DNA of 64,000 bases. It comes from Phoronis australis (Eukaryota > Animalia > Phoronida). Location: contig NMRA01000024.1 of the NCBI GenBank assembly GCA_002633005.1, positions 451,803-515,802 on the forward strand, in the 5' to 3' direction. Position numbers and translations under genes: made by a program. Below the pieces are notes generated by a model that made no database searches, had not been told where the DNA came from, and was given only the letters and a program-made list of their open reading frames with translations. Every line of letters starts with the position of its first letter. The stretch's first letter is position 1. This document shows positions 1 through 10,149 of this stretch, piece by piece.

Positions 1-131
1 GCCTATTGTGTGTGAAGGGCACCTCTGATTTACAACTTTGCCCAACATTCTAAGCCAGTAGAGGGACTAGTTACCCCTCCATGCCCAAAATGGAACATTT
101 TTGTTTTGTTTTCGTTGCAATGTTTTCGTAG

Positions 132-225
132 GATGCCTTTTGACGAGATGGTGAGAGAGTTTGACGAGATGGGCATATGCCATCTTACACCTGATTCACT
201 GACGGAGGAGGTGGCTGTTGATACG
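132..225 (+). CDS. calpain exon (end of CysPc core)
   Basis: tag|G ATG CCT TTT...GAT ACG|gtagg; MPFDEMVREFDEMGICHLTPDSLTEEVAVDT. Confidence 0.92.
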
Positions 226-3200
226 GTAGGTTAATGATAACATAATATTTTAAAATTGTTCTGTGATATGCTGCCGTTTATAAACACAGAATAAACCTAA
301 CAAACTATACAGTAATTTTAAAGTTCAACGTCACAATTCTCCCATAGGGTCTACTAAATGGTTTCATGAACTGGTTGTGCAGTCCTTCATATGTATTTTG
401 ACTTGAATTACATTTTAACTCAACGCCATTCGACAGAAAAAGGTTCCGTGGAAGATGACGTCATACAACGACAGCTGGGTTAAAAAAGTGAACGCTGGTG
501 GTGCTGGCAATCCTCCAAATCAAGGTAAAGACTTCGATTTCTCTAGTGCCGGAAAGTGAATTTCTGACACTACGCTCTTAAAAATTAATTAAAATATCCG
601 GAAAATGTGACGTTTTGCACCGTTCTAGTACCCCCAAGCCCGGCGGTACTTTTGGAAACGGGGCCTACTGTGCCCTCGATATCCGTCGACATGAAATGAG
701 GACCAATCCGTGGTTGTGGTTAAGAAAATTTACGGTACCAATTGCGGAGTTACAGCTGAATCAGTTGAACGGTTGTGCATGTTCGGATATTAGTCAGACC
801 AAATCCTACTGGGATTGATAGAGGTAACAGGAATGGCCGATTGATCTTTGTATCGTGCGGGTCCAATATAATATCGAAGTAGAGACAACACTAAATAGAA
901 TTTACATTAGTTGCAATTACGTCGGCCGGTGTTGCAACATCCGCACATAAAACTCTTTTTATGTTGCAATTACGGTGTTTTGACGTCAGTGTGACATCTT
1001 TGCAGTGACATAGAACTCTTATTTTTCGCGATTACGGCTTCCCGACCTCAATACAACAAGCAGAAAAACATTTCATTGCACTGCGGTGCCCGCACAAAGG
1101 CATTAAACGTACACAACCTACATCGACCAGCTTTCTTGCGCAACGATGTACAAGGCCTTGGCTGGCTTGAATTCAAAATTCCATATACCAAAAGCGACAA
1201 AGATGTAAGCATTGTGCAGTTGCATATTGAGATGGAGCTGTGTCCTAGAAAATTATTCTTTTGTCAACAAATTTTTCCTTAATGTAGATCGACTTATGTA
1301 CTACGTTCAAATAGTATCAACTGTCGTCTGCTTCAGATTTGTACTGGATAAACCCTCAATACAAAGTTGAGCTGGTAACACCCGACTCGGACAACAATGA
1401 TGGACTGTGTACATTGGTGGCGTCGTTGATGGAGAAAGAAAAAAGGTCAGGGCAGCAGGTTGACCTAGCAACAGGATTGGACATTTTTGAGGTAATCTGA
1501 TGTTTATCAGATGCTGTGTTTCTGTTTTATTTTTGAAGTTACATAAGAGAGATCTGAAATGACATTTCAGAACGCCGTATCTAGGTTAACGGAATGAACT
1601 TTTTTAAAAGTAATTAAAATTAGTGAATATCAATTTTGGTTAGATGCACAAACATCTGACATTAATTATTTAGATGCGGCCAAATGTACCAACCGAACTT
1701 TTAAACGCAAAGAATCTCGACCTTCGAGCAATGAAAATTGTCAAGAGGACTGACATGTACGCTTACAAAAGAGAAGTGAGCCACCATCTGCGCGTGAAAC
1801 CAGGAAAGTACGTCATTATTCCCTCAACGTTTCGCCCAGGAATGGAAGGGAATTTCCTGCTTCGAATCTACACGCAAAAGGAAGCTCCATCTAGGTGAGT
1901 TATGAGCACTGAATAGTTTGTAAGTGATGCTATACAGCTACCAGTTGGAATTTTACGAAGAACGGTAGCAACCTATTCGTCTCCTTCGTCGCACAATGGC
2001 AGTTCTTCGGTCTTATGAAGTTGCTGGATTGTAAAAAGGCATTCGGTCCTGGAAACATTTTTAGATGGTGAAGATACGAGTTTCTCCGTTGTTGTCCAAC
2101 AGGATGTCTCTGAATGATGTAGCCTTGGTCTTGCGTTAAGTTACTTGCCGTTCAGTAACTGGATGGGTGCTCATGGTATCCTCGTTTGAATGCATCTTCC
2201 TTTTGTCTTACAAATACAAACACCATTTTAGAACAATAGGGTTAGCATTCGTGCGGAACTCGTAAAACTGTTATTACAGGATTTTATTCAACCCTATTAA
2301 CTTGAAACTTCGCATTGCACTGCAACTGTTTCACGATCGCTTTTTTCATTATTCACTGACCCTTGGACTATTTTCCAAGAGTATTGTGGAGACGACGGAA
2401 ATAATGGTTTTCATCTCCTTACAGAGTAATCGACAGCAGTACGGGACCAGCTTCACCCGTAAGTTTTCTGCAGTTCTGTGTGCTACCAACATAACAGTGG
2501 GTTTTCGTGAAAAGAATCCTACGTTGACAACCTCTCCCGGTCGAAATTGGGCAACTTGACTGGTTTGCGTACTTCAAAATCTGCCGACGTTGATTAAAGA
2601 TATATGCTGTTTTTTTATTACATCTCCTCAGGCTGCAGGTGTTATCGTTCTCTAGATAATCGGACCCGTCATAAACACACTGAGGGAGGGCGACAATAGT
2701 ATCTTTAAATTTTCGTTTAAATAGTGTATTCGAATAGTTCGTGAAAAATACACGTGATTGGGTTTTTGAATATTGGAAATTTGGCAAAAAATGTGCCTTT
2801 TACAAACTAAATGTTTTTATAATGTTGCCATGTTATGTTCCTCATTAATTCTGGTGGGTGTACAACATAATTGGACCGCCATGCAGTTGTTGGATTTTGA
2901 GGCAAGCGTCATCGTACACTTGTTGGCATGTTTAAGGTTAGCTCGTTTTAAAGTTTATGACTTAAGTCTATAACCAAACCACATAATAAAATTTAAGTCG
3001 CAGTGTACGTAGCCTTTTTGTACTATTTAAGATAACAAAAGGGCTCATTTTTGTGATTGACAGGAGAAACCAGTTCAACAAAAGGACATTCGTCTCATTT
3101 TCAACAAGTTTGCTGGAACGGATGAGGCCTTGGACGCGAAAGAATTGTCTCATGTTTTAAATGACTACTTCGAAGATGGTACGTCGTATACACTTTCGTA

Positions 3201-3715
3201 ATCGTGTACTAAGAAACAATACATAAAACACATACATTCAGTCACACTAATATCACACAAGTAGACACATGCATACATACATTCATTCATACGTAGGTAC
3301 ATACATGTAAACAAACACACATACATACACGCTTACGTATACATACACACATGGATTCATTCATACATACGTACATTTATAAGGCGTATATGTATACTAT
3401 ATGTACACGCATACCTACATTGAATACTACACTGGCTTCAGCTCGGAAACATATGCGCTCTTGTACGGGCACAGATGCAACAATTGTCCAATGTTCATTG
3501 CGAAAACGAAAAGAAACTAAATACGTGAATAAATGATACACTTGTATTAATGTTCAATTTGTTTTCACATTGAATGTCCGGCAGTTGTTACATCGTGTGC
3601 CTATGCGAAAGTGCGTGTCATTCCTAGTTTAGCAGAGGTCTCTGGGAAACCTATAGAAACCTCAGTAGTGAACAGTAATACCACTTGCTTAATTTGCTGC
3701 CAACATGCTCAAGCA

Positions 3716-3783
<68 letters not shown>

Positions 3784-6700
3784 TGAGTGCGTAGGCCTAC
3801 ATGAACTTATGATATACACGATAGTGTTGTTGATCGTAAGCTTTCATGCTCACTCTTTCGAATTGTCGGAATATTTGTCAATCCTCCATAGGGCAACTAT
3901 ACTCTAGTCCCATGACTAGTTTAAATTTTATTTATAAGAAATGAACTCAAGAATTTCACTTGTAGGTCATCGCACTTCATCCATTTGACTGGGAACAAAT
4001 TTGATTTTCCAGATATTGAAGACGACGGATTTTCAGTGGAAGCTGCTCGAAGTGTTATACCAAAGTACGATGTATCCTTGAATAATAAATCGAGTCTCAT
4101 CGTTATTCTGTACTACAGTCACTTTCACATAGGATCATCAACGAATGTGACTCAAAACGTAGCCGCCCTAACTATCCATCCTAAACTATACCACAATTGC
4201 TTCCTCATAACAAAAGACATCAGTACGCGAATCCCACAGACATCCACTTAGCGCCCTCCAAAACGTCACTTTTTGAAAAATCCTTGGTTTAATGCGGTCA
4301 TATGTAAAAGCTATTTTACAGTAGATTCTTAGTATTTCTTGTGAGGCTTTAGGAGGGTCGTTTATGGATTCTACGTCTATTTGAGGAAAATATGTTAGAA
4401 CTTTACGTTCATCAAAGTCAAGGGGAAGACGATTTTGTTTTTGCTTCCTAATATCAAGAGTTAAACCTTACTTTCCTATTCCGAGCTCACAGTACGACTT
4501 TAGCGGACTGATCGCGTATGCCGAGGTAACAAAATTAATAAAAGACATGGATTTGTGGAAGGTAAGCATACAATTCAACCCCGGTTTCTTCGTGTGTTAG
4601 TGGTGCCCTTAATATGGTCGCGTGGAAATCGTACATTTATGTAACCATGAGTACGAAATTCTTTTAATGAAACAAGGTCCGACAGAAAAGTGTTCTGTAG
4701 GGCTATGGCCCGGGGTCTAAGTTTTGTACTCAAGATCTTACTCGAAATTATTTTTGCCTTTGCCGCCCTACTTTTGTGTGAGTTCAAGATAAGCGTTTGC
4801 GCTTTAGAGCAGTTTGGGTTGCGCATAATGAGTGTTTAGTCCAAGTTCTCACTCTCGAGTTAAAACTAATAGTTTTAATGCCGGGGTCTTTAAGTACAAA
4901 TTAGACACAGTCATTCAATCATTCAAGTAAACCATGTTGTATGCAAACACAGAATAACAGACACTTTTCTTGAGTTTACACAAAAGTAAAATGGAAAATG
5001 GCAAAAAATCGAGTTTGAGTACAAAGATTTAAACCTGGACCCATTTTTGCGACAGCTAAAATGCTAACTAACTGTTTTTACCGTAGTAGTATGCGACTGA
5101 AGTTTGCATGCCCTTAGCCATACGATATAAATGTGATTAGAAAGCTAAGTCAACACGTTTGTTATTATGGTCCCATTTTTCAGTGCTATGTTGTGAAGAT
5201 CGGTCGCTAGTGTCGCCCTCGGTTCTGTTAGTACATCTATAATCCTCATTATCATCTGGATAATACGGAATGATTGAAGGTACCCCCAGCGACGTCCTCC
5301 AAGATTTCGAAATAGTGAAGACCAGTCTACATTTCAGAACCCCACATTTCCGGGCAAAACTTTTAAGGACGTCATACACACGTCGGTCATCATTCAATAT
5401 CAAATATCTATATCTTCTCTGATAGGCATGATACACGTCTGTTTTGCCTTAATCGAAAGCAACTGTTCAATATTTCAGAGTTCTTTTTACCACGCAGACG
5501 TCAACAAGTCTGGAAATGTGGACATCGGTGAACTCGACACCTTGCTCAAGCTGATTGGTACGTAAACGAATATAACTACCATTTTTATATCTCGTTATGT
5601 ACCAAATGATACCAAAACTAGTCGTGATGATTTAGCATATAAATTCTTGTCAACTCGTTATTGTAACGCCATTCTCATGACTACTTAAAAAAGCAACGAT
5701 CAAGTAAAGAAAAAAAATTTAGCATTCAAATATATTATTATCCACAAGCTCCATTTTTGTATGGCATGACATTCAAAGAAGAATCCGAATAAAGGGCCCC
5801 ATATGCTGACTGAATAGTCCTGAATATTGGAGAATTTGCAATTTTGTGAACATGCAGAAGATTTCGCCAAAATAGTAGTGCTAAGCACTAGTTTTCGTGA
5901 GATGCAAATTTCGGTTTTGCGCCACCCGTATCTGACTTACTCTCGGATGCTCCAGGGAAAGCCGCCAGAAATTTTCAAAAAACGATTCAATATGGCTACC
6001 ATAACAACACTCAAAAAAGCAGGCTTCTTACAAATCAGACCACCTATCAGCTTCGTTGTTGTTAACAACAAAAAAATATCTTTTGACAACGTAAGTGTTT
6101 TAAAACTAGTATCGAGCCGCTCCAACGAGATGTCAATTTTCTTCAAGCCCAACACCGCCTTCTAATCTGGGTAATGAATAAATTGTGATGAAATTGTGTG
6201 GCATAAACCAAAAGCCGGTTTTCAGCAGCTTTTAATATTCGTTTCTGCAAAATGGCCCCTGCGTTGAGATTGTTCTTGTCAACTTAATGATCATTTTGTT
6301 GTATTCACTTGAGATTTTTTCTCTCTCTTCTAGGACTGAATTTGAGCCGACGAGTTCTAGGTGCCACTGTGAGACGTTACAGAGGAAAAACGGAGCGTCT
6401 GAATTTCCAAGACTATATCGTTTGCCTTTGCAGAATATTGAACATGCATTGTAAGTGAATATATTATCACACCCACATTGCTCAAAAGGGTACGATTCTA
6501 TGCTGGACTACAGGTCACCGCACGGTCGCAATAGTTATACTTCGGAAAATTATATTCGAATATTAGGCTATGGGATCATATTCGAGATCCCTCCATTTTT
6601 AAATGTTCCCATGTTTTCGCCTATGAGATTATGACCTATCTTTAGAAAGCGTGCTGTATTTTTTCTTTTATTTCGTTCTTTATTGAATGTTTTCATGGGG

Positions 6701-7568
6701 TGGTTTCAGGCAACCTTTAATTTATTGGCTTTGTGATTACTTACTGGCTGATTGACAGAAAGCACTACTAGAAAAAAGATAACGACTTCTTGCCTTATTT
6801 CTCAATAAACAGTATGACTGCCTATTCGAATAAGCCATGGTCTTATGTTCGGGATCTTGTCATTTTTAAAAATTCCCAGAAAATACATTTTTTCGTCAAA
6901 TAGCTATTGCGAAGTTTTAAGGTACACATTAGCTTTGCTGTTCTGGAGTCCGATTTTCTTTGCAACCGTTTACAGTTCAGACTAAGTTCACGAAAAATGA
7001 TCTTTACCAGCAATAACCATTATACGTCAAATGAGACGATACAATCATGGGCTATGCGTTGTTTCAAGTATGTCGTCTCATTCTCTGATGATGATTGGTG
7101 TTGAACTGAAACGTTGGGCAATACACTGGTTATTGTGCGACTGACTATTGCGAAGGCAGATGTCTTCTCCATTCGTTGTCATAGGAGCCAAACGCTAGGT
7201 TACCAGAAAACAATCACTTTTCTCGTTTGCAGCATTATTCTACGACAACGTTCCGATGGGGAAGGACAAAGCAGAGATGACTCTTGATGAGGTAATGAAC
7301 ACCACCAACATTAAGACATTTTTATAGTAAAACTCATTCGAGTGCTTACGCTGTGAGCACATCAATTCAAATTTAATTTAATTTGCGCATAAGTCACATT
7401 TATCAGTTCGTTTGTCTATCAAAGTGGCCCTGCACCATTTTAAATAATGACGCAAGAGATCAGGTTCCTTTCACCTTCATTGTGTGGGGTGCTACACGTG
7501 TCTTTTGCTGTCACATATAGGTGAGATTTTCTTTCTTTCAGTGGATGTACCAAGCCATGTACTACTGA
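132..7568 (+). CDS. Classical (PEF-type) calpain, 3' part; the 5' exons lie upstream of the window
   Basis: Hand-spliced GT-AG exons 132-225, 437-524, 1337-1491, 1674-1894, 2425-2458, 3064-3178, 4013-4071, 4493-4561, 5479-5557, 6334-6450, 7233-7291 and 7542-7568 stay in frame (371 full sense codons plus TGA). Motifs (W)MPFDEMVREFDEMGICHLTPD, WVKKVNAGG..YWINPQY, REVSHHLRVKPGKYVIIPSTFRPGMEGNFLLRIYT, EF loops DYDFSGLIAYAE and DVNKSGNVDIGE, and C-terminal LDEWMYQAMYY* are diagnostic. The 69/79/117/59 nt PEF exon sizes match what I recall of vertebrate calpains. Confidence 0.95.
437..524 (+). CDS. calpain exon (start of domain III)
   Basis: cag|AAA AAG GTT CCG TGG...CAA G|gtaaag; KKVPWKMTSYNDSWVKKVNAGGAGNPPNQ. 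Confidence 0.92.
1337..1491 (+). CDS. calpain exon (domain III)
   Basis: ttcag|AT TTG TAC TGG ATA AAC CCT CAA...GAG|gtaatc; LYWINPQYKVELVTPDSDNNDGLCTLVASLMEKEKR. Confidence 0.93.
1674..1894 (+). CDS. calpain exon (domain III, PGxYVIIPSTF motif)
   Basis: tttag|ATG CGG...TCT AG|gtgagt; matches ORF 1674..1898. Confidence 0.95.
2425..2458 (+). CDS. calpain small linker exon
   Basis: ctccttacag|A GTA ATC GAC...TCA CCC|gtaagt; the 34 nt restore the frame between the phase-2 and phase-0 neighbours. Confidence 0.75.
3064..3178 (+). CDS. calpain exon (PEF EF1)
   Basis: gacag|GAG AAA CCA...GAT G|gtacgt; IFNKFAGTDEALDAKELSHVLN. Confidence 0.92.
3215..3420. repeat. Degenerate (ATAC/AC)n low-complexity tract
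   Basis: Interrupted atac/acac repeats. Confidence 0.7.
3716..3792. repeat. (GCGT)n microsatellite
   Basis: Near-perfect run of about 19 tetranucleotide units in a calpain intron. Confidence 0.97.
4013..4071 (+). CDS. calpain exon followed by a U12-type donor
   Basis: ttccag|AT ATT GAA...TAC GAT|gtatccttg; DGFSVEAARSVIPKYD. Confidence 0.9.
4072..4492 (+). other. Putative minor-spliceosome (U12-type, GT-AG) intron
   Basis: Donor GTATCCTT matches the U12 consensus RTATCCTT. The acceptor has no strong pyrimidine tract next to the AG. The position inside EF2 matches the U12 intron known in PEF/calpain genes. The branch point is only partial (aaccttac, 4464-4471). Confidence 0.75.
4493..4561 (+). 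CDS. calpain exon (EF2)
   Basis: cacag|TAC GAC TTT AGC GGA...TGG AAG|gtaagc, 69 nt. Confidence 0.9.
4707..5042. mobile_element. Non-autonomous inverted-repeat element (MITE)
   Basis: About 80 bp imperfect terminal inverted repeats: ggcccggggtctaagttttgtactcaa...tacttttgtgtgagttcaaga versus tcttgagtttacacaaaagta...ttgagtacaaagatttaaacctggaccc. Confidence 0.7.
5479..5557 (+). CDS. calpain exon (EF3)
   Basis: ttcag|AGT TCT TTT...ATT G|gtacgt, 79 nt; ADVNKSGNVDIGELD. Confidence 0.92.
6334..6450 (+). CDS. calpain exon (EF4)
   Basis: ctag|GA CTG AAT...CAT T|gtaagt, 117 nt; VRRYRGKTERLNFQDYIVCLCRI. Confidence 0.92.
7233..7291 (+). CDS. calpain exon (EF5)
   Basis: tgcag|CA TTA TTC...GAT GAG|gtaatg, 59 nt. 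Confidence 0.9.
7542..7568 (+). CDS. calpain terminal exon
   Basis: ctttctttcag|TGG ATG TAC CAA GCC ATG TAC TAC TGA. Confidence 0.9.
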   Translation, partial: WMYQAMYY

Positions 7569-7879
7569 AATGCGTGCGCATACACAGGACTGCTCGTCAT
7601 CCAGACACCTGTGTGTGAGCTGGAGAAAAACTTTTAGGTCTACATCTATGTATCGATCTGAAGTATAGTTTTGGGTTTTAGAGTAGTGGTGATGGAATTG
7701 TAAGAATCTGGGTTTTGGAATAGGAGTTAATTTACATTCTAATGATAAGGTTTTGGGTATTTTTATATTTTTGTCAACGTTTTTACTCTCCTTTTTGCAC
7801 TGCCGGTGTGTAACAGAGTACTACTTCATTAGTTAAAGCATGCCATTGCTCAGCTTAGACAATTATATGTAGTTAAGAA

Positions 7880-7885
7880 ATTAAA
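7880..7885 (+). terminator. Candidate calpain polyadenylation signal (ATTAAA)
   Basis: Ends a T-rich stretch ~310 nt after the stop codon; an alternative AATAAA lies at 8145-8150. Confidence 0.4.
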
Positions 7886-7964
7886 TAGATTTCTATTTAA
7901 ATTTTTCTCGCCTTTTAAAAATATCTGTTAATGCAATTTGTTGCAAAATAATCAGTAATATACT

Positions 7965-7970
7965 TTTATT
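7965..7970 (-). terminator. Candidate mTERF polyadenylation signal (AATAAA on - strand)
   Basis: TTTATT on + strand; a second, proximal copy lies at 8397-8402. Confidence 0.45.
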
Positions 7971-8514
7971 TCTTCTCCTGACGTTTTTCTTCACAGACCT
8001 GACCAATCACGATATATATATCTGCCTCTGTGCTGAGATATATAGTTAACTTAATAGTATATCTTTGTAAACTTACAATTTAAGCGTAATAACATGACGG
8101 TTTAACAGTTTTATAAAATCATACTAAAACAAGTCATGACTTTAAATAAACAATACAAAAAGTCCAGATCCTACTTAACTGGATGAGAGACAGTTAGACT
8201 GTGTGTCTTCCCTACTGAACCATATAAAAATCTAGTTATCAAACCAGTCACTGGTGAAATATTGCCTCTGTCAAAATCCCATACTTCTGTATGAAATAAC
8301 TGGAGTGGTCCTCAAGTCTTTGGCAACCTCATCACAGAAAGCAGAAAATAATTGTTAGTATTAAACATTAGCAGTCAACAAGCAGCAAAACTGTCGTTTA
8401 TTTCCAGACTGGTACAAGCACTTGCACTAAAGTTATGGGAATCACCCAGAAAATATCACCAATTCAACAGTGAAACCTTGCACCAATTAAACCGTATTTA
8501 TCTGAAAACTCATA

Positions 8515-9663
8515 TCAAACAGTCCGGCCAACAATTTTGACAAATTGCCTAGAATCCACCTGAAGAAAGTAGACACTACACGGTAAGTTATTGATATTCA
8601 ATAATTCATTGTACCTGGACTTCAGTGTGTCTAAACTGAAGTTCAACACTTTGGGATGCTTAATCACATCAGCCGGACTAAACATGCACTCGGACAACAA
8701 ATAATCTAGATTGCTCTTTAGCTTAACAAGTCGGATTTTGCTAAGTTTTGGATGGGCCTCAAACAGAGTTTCAACGCTTCCAACGTCACACTTAAGTCTC
8801 GATGCTAAGTAATTCATTTTACCACCAAACTGACGACTAATTTCAAGCTCGACCTTATGACTCTCCAAACTTCTCCCAAACAAACATTCTGGACATTTTA
8901 GCAAATTAATGTAGGCTCTACAGTTCTCAGGGGTGATGCCAGTTGTCTCTAAAATTTTGACCCTGTAACGCAACGTATCCAAGGGGAAACCCAGCACCCA
9001 TATTTTAGCTCGAATCTCTTCTGGGGGCACATTATGAGCCAAGAGCAGTTCAATTTTAGGAGCTATCGTTGAAATCTTGGAGTTACGAATAACTCGGTGA
9101 CTTTCCATAAGCTTCTCAACTTCTTCACGCGTGCAATACAACCAGTCTGCTAATGCCTCCGATGGTGATTCATGATCACCTAAAGCAGTCTTCGTCTTGT
9201 CAAACTCATTCATGATTCGATCGAACACTTTAACAGAACACGTTAGCATTCTCACAGTCACAGGGTCTACGCGCGCATTGTGCAGCACTTTCAGTCGAGC
9301 CGACAGTGTGATACACGATCTTGAGAAAACCTGGGGATATTTCGTAATCTCTTCCAAGGAAATACCGCCAGACACCAACATGTCTGCCACAGCCACCATC
9401 TTGACCTTGTCAGTTGTCAACAGTCGAGGATATTTGTTGGAAAGATCTTGAGCATCCTCCAAATTGACTCGAAGCAGATTTGAAAGAAAATCCACACCAT
9501 TCGTGTTTGTGAACAATCCGCTGCAGTCTGTTGTACGTTTGGCTGTAGTGCCCATATATCTGCACAAAGCAATGATGCATGGCTTAGGTTGTTGTCCCAA
9601 ACACTGGTGCATGCAAGCTTGACTGGCCTGCCAACATCCGAAGCTCACATACTTTGCCGACAT
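8515..9663 (-). CDS. mTERF-family mitochondrial transcription termination factor, single coding exon, 382 aa
   Basis: Repeated mTERF motifs (EEITKYPQVFSRSCITLSARLKVL; IAPKIELLLAHNVPPEEI; KLKSNLDYLLSECMFSPADVIKHPKVLNFSLDTLKSRY). The N-terminus lacks acidic residues, consistent with a mitochondrial presequence. A splice acceptor (tttttcag) lies 16 nt upstream of the ATG. Subfamily not assignable by eye. Confidence 0.92.
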   Translation of the reverse strand: MSAKYVSFGCWQASQACMHQCLGQQPKPCIIALCRYMGTTAKRTTDCSGLFTNTNGVDFLSNLLRVNLEDAQDLSNKYPRLLTTDKVKMVAVADMLVSGGISLEEITKYPQVFSRSCITLSARLKVLHNARVDPVTVRMLTCSVKVFDRIMNEFDKTKTALGDHESPSEALADWLYCTREEVEKLMESHRVIRNSKISTIAPKIELLLAHNVPPEEIRAKIWVLGFPLDTLRYRVKILETTGITPENCRAYINLLKCPECLFGRSLESHKVELEISRQFGGKMNYLASRLKCDVGSVETLFEAHPKLSKIRLVKLKSNLDYLLSECMFSPADVIKHPKVLNFSLDTLKSRYNELLNINNLPCSVYFLQVDSRQFVKIVGRTV

Positions 9664-9883
9664 TAGCCTAGGTAGTCACCTGAAAAATAAGAATTTACTA
9701 TCTATTTAGGAAAGATTTTATTTTTACAATTTGGACTACGTTGCGGACTGGATCGAGTTCTGTACTGCTTATATTAATAAAAAATACTTGCAGGTCTGGT
9801 AAACGTTGTACCATACGTGCACCGGCCGCTGGCACTGATCACCAGCTTGATATTATGTCGTGTTGTAGTTGCATTGGCAGCAG

Positions 9884-10149
9884 CATTACAGTAAAATCTC
9901 GCCAATTTCAAACCAAAATAATTACCGAAATCGTATTATTTCATTTTAAGGGCTTCTAACATTGTTGTGAATGCCCACAATTTCTCAAGACATTTTCTAT
10001 TGGTAGCTATGGTACAGAACTTGGATATGGCAAATCATCATTCTGGTACTACCGGTATTATTTAGGAAAAATTGTGTTAGGCACCTAAAGTAAATTTCAC
10101 CTGTCAGCCATGATATTGTGTCTTAAATTGGTGAGATTTCACCGCAGTG
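9884..10149. mobile_element. MITE with CACTG-like termini (CMC/EnSpm-like) in the mTERF 5'UTR intron
   Basis: TIR cattacagtaaaatctcgccaattt / aaattggtgagatttcaccgcagtg. A second diverged copy lies at ~16459-16689 and a partial reverse copy at ~21846-21900. Confidence 0.75.

Noticed and set aside
1937-2200. Possible retroelement coding fragment on - strand (RKTKATSFRDILL)
   Set aside because: Several stops and only a faint resemblance; not supportable without a search.
2632-2638. Possible 7 nt calpain micro-exon (cag|GCTGCAG|gt)
   Set aside because: It would break the frame; 2458 joins 3064 cleanly in phase 0.
3611-3907. 98 aa ORF with ACVR repeats
   Set aside because: Translation of the (GCGT)n microsatellite.
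9197-9451. + strand 84 aa ORF
   Set aside because: Antisense shadow of the mTERF CDS.
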